From assembly GCA_050949705.1 (NCBI GenBank), contig JBMNGG010000021.1, forward strand, positions 18,845 through 50,844: DNA of 32,000 nt. Reading direction: 5' to 3'. The position numbers and the translations under genes were made by a program. Position 1 is the first letter of the stretch. Every line of letters starts with the position of its first letter. The notes under the pieces are model-generated. The model did not search any database. It worked only from the letters and a program-made list of their open reading frames with translations, and was not told the DNA's origin. This DNA is from Tepidanaerobacteraceae bacterium. GTDB lineage: Bacteria > Bacillota > Thermosediminibacteria > Thermosediminibacterales > Tepidanaerobacteraceae. Shown one piece after another: positions 18,592 to 27,214 of the stretch.

Positions 18592-19023
18592 ATGACTTTT
18601 TTTAATTCGTTAGATATTAGTGCTTCTGGTCTGACCGCTCAAAGACTACGACTGGATGTTATTTCTAATAATATCGCTAATGTAAATACAACCCGGACGG
18701 AAGAAGGAGGCCCGTATAGGAGGCAAAGGGTAATTTTCCAGGAGAGTAAGACAAATGGAAGCTTTTCCAATGCTTTTAGAAAATATCAATCTAAAGGAGT
18801 TAAAGCAGTAGCCATCGATAAAGATGATGCTCCTTTTAAGTTGTTATATGATCCGAATCATCCCGATGCTGACCCCAGTGGGTATGTTAGAATGCCTAAT
18901 GTTAATATTGTTACAGAAATGGTGGACATGATCTCAGCAACCAGAAGTTATGAAGCTAACATAACTGCATTTAATTCAACAAAAAGCATGATAAGTAAAA
19001 CTCTCGAAATTAGCAGAATATAG
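18592..19023 (+). CDS. flgC: Flagellar basal-body rod protein FlgC
   Basis: 143-aa ORF with SASGLTAQRLRLDVISNNIANVNTTRT and the C-terminal ATRSYEANITAFNSTKSMISKTLEI. Confidence 0.95.
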   Translation: MTFFNSLDISASGLTAQRLRLDVISNNIANVNTTRTEEGGPYRRQRVIFQESKTNGSFSNAFRKYQSKGVKAVAIDKDDAPFKLLYDPNHPDADPSGYVRMPNVNIVTEMVDMISATRSYEANITAFNSTKSMISKTLEISRI

Positions 19024-19047
19024 AGAGATGCGAGAGGAGATGACCAC

Positions 19048-19332
19048 TTGAAGATTGTAAATAATATCGAGCCTGTCTTTGGTAATTTCGGGGGAACTAA
19101 AACAAAAGGTCAAAAATCTTTTGCGGAAGTACTTGATAATGCACTAAAGACAGTGAATACATATCAAAATGAATATGAATCTCTTCTTAGTCAACAGGTA
19201 ATAGGCGATGAAATAGATTTGCATAATGTTGTCATAGCTGGTGAAAAGGCAAAGATATCACTGGAACTAACATTGCAAATACGCAACAAAGTAATGGAAG
19301 CTTATCAGGAAATAATGAGAATGCAGATATAG
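19048..19332 (+). CDS. fliE: Flagellar hook-basal body complex protein FliE
   Basis: 94-aa ORF with a TTG start 7 nt after GAGAGGAGA. The C-terminal LHNVVIAGEKAKISLELTLQIRNKVMEAYQEIMRMQI is typical of FliE. Confidence 0.9.
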   Translation: MKIVNNIEPVFGNFGGTKTKGQKSFAEVLDNALKTVNTYQNEYESLLSQQVIGDEIDLHNVVIAGEKAKISLELTLQIRNKVMEAYQEIMRMQI

Positions 19333-19350
19333 TGAGCAAGGTGGGAAACA

Positions 19351-20910
19351 ATGGAGTTTTTTCAAGAAATAAAGCAACAAGCGACAGAATACTGGCAAAG
19401 TAGAGATAAGAGTCAAAAAATAAAAATAGTGTTTTCTATTATTGCTCTTATTTCAGTATTGGGCGTTCTGTTATATCTTGTAAGCAGACCAAAATTTGTG
19501 CCCCTTTATTCTAACTTAGATATCAAAGATGCTGGGGAAATAGTGAAGAAACTGGAAGATGAAAATATTACTTATAAGCTGGAAGATGACGGGAAAACCA
19601 TTTTAGTTCATCCTGAACAAAAATACAGGGTAAGATTATCTCTAGCTCAGGAAGGATTACCGAAAGGTGGAACATTAGGATTTAATGATATATTTAATAA
19701 TACAAGAATAGGTACGACTGATTGGGAACGACAAATACAATATAATCAAGCTTTGCAAGGAGAACTCACTAAGGCAATTGAAAAAATGAATGCCGTGGAG
19801 ACTGCGAGAATATATATTGTTCAGGAAGAAAAGTCCTTATTTATTGATCCTGATTCTGAAAGAGATCCTTCAGCTGCTGTTTTTCTAGAGTTAAAACCAA
19901 GCACTGATATAACAAAAGATGAAGTGACAGGAATAATTAATCTTATAACTTATTCGGTTAAAAACATGAAACCTGAAAATGTAACTGTTGTGGATCAATA
20001 TGGCAGGACTCTATCAAATTTTCCTTTTTCACCTGAAGAAAATGCCGAAGAATTTATTAACACCCAATTAGTTGTGCAAAATAACTTTCAAAAACAGCTA
20101 GAAGCAAGTGTTCAATCCTTGTTAGAGCAGGTATTCGGTTTAGGGAATGTAGCAGTGAGAGTAAATGCTAAACTCAACTTTGATAAAAAAACCGTTCAGA
20201 ATAAGTTATTTTCTCCAGTAAACGAAGAGACAGGCGAAGGGATAGTAAGAAGTGTTCAGGAGTTAAAAGAATATTTTAGCGGTACAAATGCTGATGCAGG
20301 AGGCTCGCCAGGCGTTGACTCTAATATTCCAGGATACGAACAAATCCAAGGTATTGATTCTGAACAACAAAGAACTGAAGTAATAAGAAATTATGACATA
20401 AATGAAACCTATGAAAATCTTACAATTGCTCCTGGTGCTGTCGACAAGCTAACAGTTTCAGTAGTTGTTAATCGCGAATTAAAAAATGAGGAAAGAGAAT
20501 CAATTGCTGCAATGGTAGGTAATGCTATTGGCTACAATCCCGAAAGAGACCAAATCTCGGTTGAGGGTATTGAGTTTGAGAATAAATTAGCTGAGTTTTT
20601 TGCAGATGAAAATGCCAGAATAGAACATGAAAGAGCTAGAAACAGGAATATTATGTTTATAGTTGCTTTAGTATTTTTATTACTACTTTTTGTTATTATT
20701 AGAACGGTTATGAATCGCAGAAGACAAAAACAAGAAGAAGATAGATTATCAGAAGAATTAATTGAGATGCAACAAGCTGCAGCATCTCGAGAGTCAGACG
20801 AGCAGTTATTGGCTCAAGATGATAGTTATTATGCTAAAATAGAAAAATACGCTCGCCGTAGCCCAGAAGATATAGCAAAAGTACTAAAAACTTGGCTGAG
20901 TGAGGATTAG
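19351..20910 (+). CDS. fliF: Flagellar M-ring protein FliF
   Basis: 519-aa ORF with an N-terminal TM segment, YSNLDIKDAGEIVKKLEDENITYKLEDDGKTILV, a second TM segment near residue 435, and an acidic C-terminal FliG-binding tail. Confidence 0.95.
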   Translation: MEFFQEIKQQATEYWQSRDKSQKIKIVFSIIALISVLGVLLYLVSRPKFVPLYSNLDIKDAGEIVKKLEDENITYKLEDDGKTILVHPEQKYRVRLSLAQEGLPKGGTLGFNDIFNNTRIGTTDWERQIQYNQALQGELTKAIEKMNAVETARIYIVQEEKSLFIDPDSERDPSAAVFLELKPSTDITKDEVTGIINLITYSVKNMKPENVTVVDQYGRTLSNFPFSPEENAEEFINTQLVVQNNFQKQLEASVQSLLEQVFGLGNVAVRVNAKLNFDKKTVQNKLFSPVNEETGEGIVRSVQELKEYFSGTNADAGGSPGVDSNIPGYEQIQGIDSEQQRTEVIRNYDINETYENLTIAPGAVDKLTVSVVVNRELKNEERESIAAMVGNAIGYNPERDQISVEGIEFENKLAEFFADENARIEHERARNRNIMFIVALVFLLLLFVIIRTVMNRRRQKQEEDRLSEELIEMQQAAASRESDEQLLAQDDSYYAKIEKYARRSPEDIAKVLKTWLSED

Positions 20911-20920
20911 AGGTGTATTT

Positions 20921-21928
20921 ATGGTACAGTCCAAGTTATCAGGAAGACAAAAGGCCGCAATTTTAGTAGTTTCGTTAGGACCTGAGATAGCAGCCAATAT
21001 TTATAAATACTTGCGAGAAGAAGATATAGAACAGCTAACTCTTGAAATAGCCAATTTAAACAAAGTATCAAATGAAGAAAAAGCAGAAATAGCAGAAGAA
21101 TTCTACCAGATGATGCTTGCGCAAAATTACATAACAGAGGGCGGAATAGATTATGCAAAAGAAGTACTAGAAAAGGCGTTAGGAACCCAGAAAGCATTAG
21201 AAATAATCGATCGTCTTACTTCGTCTCTACAGGTAAGACCTTTTGATTTTATTAGAAAAGCGGATCCTTCTCAACTAATGAATTTTCTACAGAACGAAAA
21301 TTCCCAAACAATTGCTCTAATAATGACATATCTCAACCTGGAACAAGCTGCTTTACTTTTATCTTCACTGCCTCCGGAAAAACAAGTTGATATTGCCCGG
21401 CGGATAGCAACTATGGACAGGACTTCACCGGAAATAATAATGGAAGTAGAAAAGGTAATGGAACGACAATTGGCTTCAGTAGTGACTGAAGATTATACAA
21501 ATGTTGGAGGAGTTCAGACCGTTGTAAATATATTAAATAATGTTGACAGAGGTACAGAGAAAAATATCATTGAAGCACTAGAAATTGATAATCCTGATTT
21601 GGCAGAAGAAATTAGGCGCCGTATGTTTGTATTTGAAGATATTCTTACATTGGACAATCGTTCGATACAACGCACTCTTCGTGATGTTGATAATCAAGAT
21701 TTAACTATGGCATTAAAAGGAGCTAGTGATGAAGTAAAGAAAAGAATTTTTGAGAATATGTCTAAGCGACAGGCTGAGATGGTTCATGAGGATATGGAGT
21801 ATATGGGGCCAGTTCGTTTAAGAGATGTGGAAGAAGCCCAGCAGAAAATTGTGAATATTATCAGAAAACTAGAAGATGCTGGTGAAATAATCATTTCCCG
21901 TGGTGGAGGTGATGAAATAATTGTCTAG
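20921..21928 (+). CDS. fliG: Flagellar motor switch protein FliG
   Basis: It contains LSGRQKAAILVVSLGPE, RRMFVFEDI, and a C-terminal charged helix region. I chose ATG 20921 (RBS AGAGGTG) over the track start 20900. Confidence 0.95.
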   Translation: MVQSKLSGRQKAAILVVSLGPEIAANIYKYLREEDIEQLTLEIANLNKVSNEEKAEIAEEFYQMMLAQNYITEGGIDYAKEVLEKALGTQKALEIIDRLTSSLQVRPFDFIRKADPSQLMNFLQNENSQTIALIMTYLNLEQAALLLSSLPPEKQVDIARRIATMDRTSPEIIMEVEKVMERQLASVVTEDYTNVGGVQTVVNILNNVDRGTEKNIIEALEIDNPDLAEEIRRRMFVFEDILTLDNRSIQRTLRDVDNQDLTMALKGASDEVKKRIFENMSKRQAEMVHEDMEYMGPVRLRDVEEAQQKIVNIIRKLEDAGEIIISRGGGDEIIV

Positions 21929-22689
21929 AGTTCTTAAACACTATATAAAAGATAATCCTTTAAGGCTCATGGATTTTCAAATTCCTGTTACTGATAGAAA
22001 GAACAATAATCATACAAATAAAACCCAAAAAACTAATCAAAAATCATTAAAGGAAGAGGCTACACAATTATTAGAAGGAGCGTTAAGCGAAGCTCATACA
22101 ATTATAGAGAATTCAAAAAAAGAAGCCACAGAAATCATTCTTAAAGCGCAGGAGAAAAAAGATAAAATAAAGAATCAAGCTTTTTCTGAGGGGTATGAGC
22201 AGGGATATAAAAAAGGCTTGGAAGAGGCAAGAAAAGAACAAGAAAAAAAAGTGGAACATACATATGGATGATATTAAAAAAATCAGATATGAAATCAAGA
22301 AGGAGAACGAAACATATAAAAAGTCTTTAGAAAAAGAATGTATTAAACTCTCTATAAAGATAGCTGAAAAAGTATTAGGAAGAAAGATTGAAGAAGATGG
22401 AGAATACTTTATAGATTTAGTTAAAAAGGGTATAGAAAAAGCAGGTGAAGAAAGAAATGTTTCAATAAGAGTTTCAGAATTGGATTATGAAAAAGTATAT
22501 CCGATGATTATGAATCATCAAGATGATATACGTGGAATCACTGTTATTAAAGATCCCTTCCTTTGTATTGGTGACTGTATTATTGATGGGCCCAATTTTG
22601 AGATTGATTCAAGTTTACGCACTCAGATAAACAATATTTCTACAACCCTGAAAGAGCTTGGAGTAGTAGATAATGATGACATATTTTGA
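21921..22689 (+). pseudogene. fliH: Flagellar export protein FliH, split by a +1 frameshift at or near an A8 run (alternatively a two-part gene, recoding, or sequencing error)
   Basis: ORF 21921-22271 gives the coiled-coil N-terminal half (…AFSEGYEQGYKKGLEEARKEQEKK). ORF 22195-22689 gives the C-terminal half (…LSIKIAEKVLGRKIEED…GDCIIDGPNFEIDSSLRTQI). The frames overlap around A8 at 22243-22250. The position between fliG and fliI is conserved. Confidence 0.7.
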
Positions 22690-23989
22690 TTATATCCACT
22701 CTATTTTGGATGATATTGTTACAATAAAGCCTAAGGGCAAGATATCAAAAATAGTTGGTCTCACTATAGAATCACATGGGCCTCCAGTCGAACTAGGTGA
22801 AATATGTGTAGTAAAGTCTTCAAAGAGTAAAAAAAATATTTTAGCCGAAGTAGTGGGTTTTAGGGATAAAACTGTAATCCTAATGCCTTTGGGAGATATG
22901 GAAGAATTAGGCCCTGGATGGGATGTTGAAGCCAGCGGGAAAAAAATGACAACACCGGTAGGAAATGAATTGTTGGGCCGAGTTTTAGACGGTCTGGGAA
23001 TGCCGATCGATGAAAAAGGTCCCCTAAAAACGAAAACCAGTTACCCTGTTTTTAATAATCCACCTAATCCTATACAACGTTCTTTAATTAAACGTCCTCT
23101 AACTTTTGGAATTAGAGCCATTGATGGGTTATTGACTTGTGGGGTCGGTCAGAGACTTGGTATTTTTGCTGGCAGTGGTGTTGGCAAAAGTACATTGTTA
23201 GGTATGATTGCGAGAAATACAAAAGCAGATATAAATGTAATAGCATTAGTAGGGGAGAGAGGAAGAGAATTAAATAGCTTCATTACAAACGATTTGGGGG
23301 AAGAAGGGATAAAAAGATCAGTTATTGTTGTTGCCACATCAGATAAGCCACCATTAATTAGAACAAGAGCTGCCTTTACAGCAACTGCAATTGCTGAATT
23401 CTTCAGAGACCAGGGGGCTAATGTGATGCTAATGATGGATTCAGTAACAAGGTTTGCGATGGCTCAAAGAGAAGTCGGTTTGGCAGCAGGAGAACCCCCA
23501 GTCACTAGAGGCTATACTCCTTCTGTATATGCGAATCTTCCAAAGCTTTTAGAAAGAGCTGGCACATCTGACAAGGGATCAATAACAGGTATTTATACAG
23601 TTTTGGTTGATGGCGATGATTTAAATGAACCGATATCTGACGCTGTAAGAGGAATATTAGATGGTCATATTGTTTTATCAAGGGATTTAGCGAACAAAAA
23701 TCATTACCCAGCCATTGATGTTTTATCTAGCATAAGCAGGCTAATGAATGACATTGTTTCCCCTGAGCAAAAAGAACTATCGGGCAGAGTAAAGAATCTT
23801 CTCTCAGTATATAGAGAAGCGGAAGATCTAATTAATATTGGTGCTTACGTAGAGGGTAATAACAGCAAAATAGATGAGTCTATTAAATACATAGATAAAA
23901 TAGAGAATTTTTTAAAGCAGGATGTTGAAGAAAAAATAGATTACGATGAAACTATAAAAAGATTAAAAGGGATTTTTGAGGTTGGATAA
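22673..23989 (+). CDS. fliI: Flagellum-specific ATPase FliI
   Basis: 438-aa ORF with Walker A GSGVGKSTL, Walker B VMLMMDSVTRFA, and overall F1-beta-like architecture. Confidence 0.97.
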   Translation: MMTYFDYIHSILDDIVTIKPKGKISKIVGLTIESHGPPVELGEICVVKSSKSKKNILAEVVGFRDKTVILMPLGDMEELGPGWDVEASGKKMTTPVGNELLGRVLDGLGMPIDEKGPLKTKTSYPVFNNPPNPIQRSLIKRPLTFGIRAIDGLLTCGVGQRLGIFAGSGVGKSTLLGMIARNTKADINVIALVGERGRELNSFITNDLGEEGIKRSVIVVATSDKPPLIRTRAAFTATAIAEFFRDQGANVMLMMDSVTRFAMAQREVGLAAGEPPVTRGYTPSVYANLPKLLERAGTSDKGSITGIYTVLVDGDDLNEPISDAVRGILDGHIVLSRDLANKNHYPAIDVLSSISRLMNDIVSPEQKELSGRVKNLLSVYREAEDLINIGAYVEGNNSKIDESIKYIDKIENFLKQDVEEKIDYDETIKRLKGIFEVG

Positions 23990-23991
23990 TA

Positions 23992-24468
23992 ATGAAGAAA
24001 TTTCGCTTTAAATTTGATACATCGCTAAGAATAAAGAATCTAAAAGAACGACTTGATAGGTATAGACTGGCAGAAACAATTATTGAAAGAGATAAAGAAC
24101 AGAATTATCTTGACGAACTAAAATTAACAAATAAAAATATAAAAGCTGACATAAATACAAAATTAAATAAAAGTGTACCAGTAAATGTTCTATCAGATTA
24201 TAGCAATTATACATCCAATATAAAAACCCTAATTGATTCACAAAAAGAATTGGTAAAAAAGGCCACAGACCTTTATGAAGAAGCAAGGCAGTCTTTTTTA
24301 GAAAGTAGAAAAGAAAGACAGATTTTCGACAAACTAAAAGAAAAACAACACAACGTATATTTTAAAGAAATGAACAGAGCAGAACAGATAATAATTGATG
24401 AGTTGGCAAATGTAAATTGTAGCCGCTTAGAGAGGGATAAGCCTGATGAAGGGTATCATAAGTATTAA
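23992..24468 (+). CDS. fliJ: Flagellar export chaperone-like protein FliJ
   Basis: 158-aa, highly charged, predicted coiled-coil protein immediately after fliI. The call rests mainly on position and composition. Confidence 0.75.
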   Translation: MKKFRFKFDTSLRIKNLKERLDRYRLAETIIERDKEQNYLDELKLTNKNIKADINTKLNKSVPVNVLSDYSNYTSNIKTLIDSQKELVKKATDLYEEARQSFLESRKERQIFDKLKEKQHNVYFKEMNRAEQIIIDELANVNCSRLERDKPDEGYHKY

Positions 24469-25012
24469 AAATATTATTATAGGGATAGCAATATTGTTAA
24501 TTATTGCTATAATTGTTTTATCGATTTATTCTTATAAAAATTATGCTACTGATAATTTAAACCCTGCAGTTAAAACTGTATTTTCTAAAATACCTTTTTT
24601 AAAAAATACAATGCATACAGATTTGGTGTCCGAAACGGTAAATAGTAATAATGCTTTTGAAGAAGAGAAAAAAATGATTGAATACGAATGGTCGGAAATA
24701 GACCGACAAAAACAGGAATTACAATCCAAAGAAGCCAAGCTTAATAAAAAGCAATCCGAACTCGAACATTTGGAAAACAAGCTCCAAGTTGACAGAGAAG
24801 AACTAGAAAATCAACTTATGAATATTAAAGATTTAGCTAAGTATTACGAATTAATGGACGGGAGAAATGCAGCGAGAATTTTAGAGAATATGGAAGATGA
24901 GTTTTTGATTCAAATTTTTAAACAAATGAAAAATGAGGTTGTATCTGAAATATTATCCAATCTTAATTCGCAAAAAGCCGCTTCAATAACTAAAAAAATG
25001 AGTGGTTTATAA
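24446..25012 (+). CDS. YlxF-like flagellar protein (N-terminal TM, coiled coil, MgtE_N/MotE-like C-terminal region)
   Basis: 188-aa ORF with a TM segment IIIGIAILLIIAIIVLSIY, a coiled coil, and a C-terminal YELMDGRNAARILENMEDEFLIQIFKQMKNEVVSEILSNLNSQKAASITKKM. It occupies the ylxF slot between fliJ and fliK. Confidence 0.7.
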   Translation: MKGIISIKNIIIGIAILLIIAIIVLSIYSYKNYATDNLNPAVKTVFSKIPFLKNTMHTDLVSETVNSNNAFEEEKKMIEYEWSEIDRQKQELQSKEAKLNKKQSELEHLENKLQVDREELENQLMNIKDLAKYYELMDGRNAARILENMEDEFLIQIFKQMKNEVVSEILSNLNSQKAASITKKMSGL

Positions 25013-25039
25013 AAGATATGAATGAAGGGAGGTGAAATG

Positions 25040-26347
25040 ATGGATGCAGCTGTACAAGTTACAATAGTTGCGGGTGATAAATCAATAAAAGCAAATGATA
25101 AGAAAAAGACGGAGTCTCCAAATAGCCAAGATTTTAAGAAACACCTAGAAAAATATGAGAACGCAATGCAGAAAACTTCAGATAAGAATAAACTTCAAGA
25201 GAAAGAAGAGAATTACTCAATGCAGTTGCTTAATCTTTTCTATATGCTCACAATGGGGAGAAGCAATGTACCAACTGAAGAATTACAATTGGCGAATAAA
25301 GATGTGAATACGCTTAATGATATGCTAGACATAATGATCTCAAAAGAAGAGTTAAGTAACTTATGGGAAAAAATCGTATCTGAATTCAAAACAAATGGCT
25401 TTGTTAAGTCTGAAACTGTTAACCAATTATACAAGGCAATGAGAACTGAAGTTCCTAATATACGACATATTGACATAAACGTATTTCGCGAACAAATTAT
25501 TCAAATATTGCAAGGTGAACGAGAATCAGAATATGAACACACAACTGATTCAATGGTACAAAAAAACATTGTTTTTCTGGAAAATCATGATGATGATAAT
25601 ATAAAATGGTTAACAGGTACAAGCCTTTCTGAAAGCAATAATCTACATACGAAAAACTCAGATTTAACAAAAACAAAACCACGAGTAGAAATTCAATTAA
25701 ATAATAGCAAAGGACAAGGCATAATTTCAAACAGCAATAGGGAAAACCTTTTATTTAATAACGGGCCACCCGATGAAACGACAGTACTAATAAACAATGA
25801 GAACTCTCAACATAATGTGAACATTCCCTTTTATAAAAATGAATCTTCAGGTTTTTCATCAAATTTGCTTGTCAATGATAAAAACTTATATTCATTAGAA
25901 AACAGACAACCGGTAAATTATTTAGACCAAATTGTTGATAAAGCATTTATGGCTATTAAAGGTGATATTCAAGAAGTAAATATTCGACTAAAACCCGATT
26001 ATCTTGGTGATGTGCTAATAAAAATACATGCGGATACTAGTAATTTAAAAGCAGAGTTTTTTGTTGAGAACAATCAGGTCAGAAATATGCTGCAAGTTCA
26101 TGCTCAAGATGTTCAAAACCATATAATGCAGCAAGGATACAACATTTCAGAAATAAGTATATATGAACTTTCTGAAGGCCTGGAAATGGGAGCATTTGAT
26201 CATCAGTTTAATAGCCATGAAAACTATAATCAATCAAGAAAATCGAGATTCAGTATTGGGGAGCAAAGCAATGATAACCAAGAAATTACAGTAAGTAACT
26301 ATTATGATAAGTGGGCAAATGTAAGTAGAGTCAATTATATGATATAG
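25040..26347 (+). CDS. fliK: Flagellar hook-length control protein FliK
   Basis: It has the C-terminal Flg_hook domain EVNIRLKPDYLGDVLIKIHADTSNLKAEFFVENNQVRNMLQVHAQDVQNHIMQQGYNISEISIY and a poorly conserved Asn/Gln-rich N-terminal ruler region. ATG 25040 lies 7 nt after GGAGG; ATG 25037 and ATG 25022 are alternatives. Confidence 0.85.
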   Translation: MDAAVQVTIVAGDKSIKANDKKKTESPNSQDFKKHLEKYENAMQKTSDKNKLQEKEENYSMQLLNLFYMLTMGRSNVPTEELQLANKDVNTLNDMLDIMISKEELSNLWEKIVSEFKTNGFVKSETVNQLYKAMRTEVPNIRHIDINVFREQIIQILQGERESEYEHTTDSMVQKNIVFLENHDDDNIKWLTGTSLSESNNLHTKNSDLTKTKPRVEIQLNNSKGQGIISNSNRENLLFNNGPPDETTVLINNENSQHNVNIPFYKNESSGFSSNLLVNDKNLYSLENRQPVNYLDQIVDKAFMAIKGDIQEVNIRLKPDYLGDVLIKIHADTSNLKAEFFVENNQVRNMLQVHAQDVQNHIMQQGYNISEISIYELSEGLEMGAFDHQFNSHENYNQSRKSRFSIGEQSNDNQEITVSNYYDKWANVSRVNYMI

Positions 26348-26358
26348 GGAGGGCTATG

Positions 26359-26742
26359 ATGACAAAAGTAACTAATGTGAGTTACCAAGGTAATCAAGAA
26401 TCAAAACTGGGGACTACAAATCTAAATAAAGATGATTTTCTAAAGCTATTGATTACACAATTGAGACATCAGAATCCTTTAGAACCAATGGATAACAAAG
26501 AATACATAGCTCAATTAGCGCAATTTAGTTCACTTGAACAGATGCAAAATATGAATTTACAATTAGCCAATCTCTCAGCTATAAGTACTATTGGCAACAC
26601 AGCAAAAGCTTTTGTTGAAGATAGGGAAGTAAATGGCACAATAAAAGGAATTACCTTTGACAGTGGCAGTGTGAATTTGATTATTGCTGAAGAAGATCAT
26701 GAAATTAAAGTGCCTATTGAAAATGTTGCAGAAATAAGATAA
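26359..26742 (+). CDS. flgD: Flagellar hook assembly/capping protein FlgD (short form)
   Basis: It contains LNKDDFLKLLITQLRHQNPLEPMDNKEYIAQLAQFSSLEQMQNM. ATG 26359 lies 6 nt after GGAGG; ATG 26356 is an alternative. Confidence 0.9.
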   Translation: MTKVTNVSYQGNQESKLGTTNLNKDDFLKLLITQLRHQNPLEPMDNKEYIAQLAQFSSLEQMQNMNLQLANLSAISTIGNTAKAFVEDREVNGTIKGITFDSGSVNLIIAEEDHEIKVPIENVAEIR

Positions 26743-26755
26743 GAGGGTGAGCATT

Positions 26756-27142
26756 ATGCAAGACTATTCGAAAATTAATTCTAGAATAAATACTGGCAGT
26801 AGCTTCCCTGTTGTAACCGGAACAAAAAGGCCACAACCTGCAACGGAAAAAACATTTGATCATATTTTACAACAAAAAATACAAAATAGAGGATTAAAAA
26901 TCTCTCAACATGCTCAGAAACGACTGAATACCAGGAATATAAAATTAACTGAAAAACATATGGAGAAACTCAATTATGCTGTAGATAAGGCTAACCAAAA
27001 AGGAATAAGGGATTCTCTGATACTTATGAACGATTTAGCTTTCGTAGTTAATATAAAAAATAAGACTGTTATAACAGCTTTAGACGGGGAGAGTATAAAA
27101 GAAAATGTATTTACAAATATTGACGGTGCTGTAATTATATAA
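26756..27142 (+). CDS. Flagellar operon protein (TIGR02530-type, function unknown)
   Basis: It contains FDHILQQKI...LKISQHAQKRLNTRNIKLT...AVDKANQKGIRDSLILMNDLAFVVNIKNKTVITAL...VFTNIDGAVII. It sits between flgD and flgE, as this family does in many Firmicutes. I prefer ATG 26756 over GTG 26747 on RBS spacing. Confidence 0.75.
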   Translation: MQDYSKINSRINTGSSFPVVTGTKRPQPATEKTFDHILQQKIQNRGLKISQHAQKRLNTRNIKLTEKHMEKLNYAVDKANQKGIRDSLILMNDLAFVVNIKNKTVITALDGESIKENVFTNIDGAVII

Positions 27143-27214
27143 GCCGGACCGCAAGGAGGCTTAGAGCTTCTGACTGACTGAAGAAGCAGGCACCATAATA
27201 TAGGAGGTATTTTT

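Noticed and set aside
23600-23640. ACCGATAT inside fliI (around 23627-23634) as an internal SigD-type -10.
   Set aside because: There is no TAAA at the required ~15-nt distance upstream (the sequence there is ATGG). It is most likely a chance match within coding sequence.
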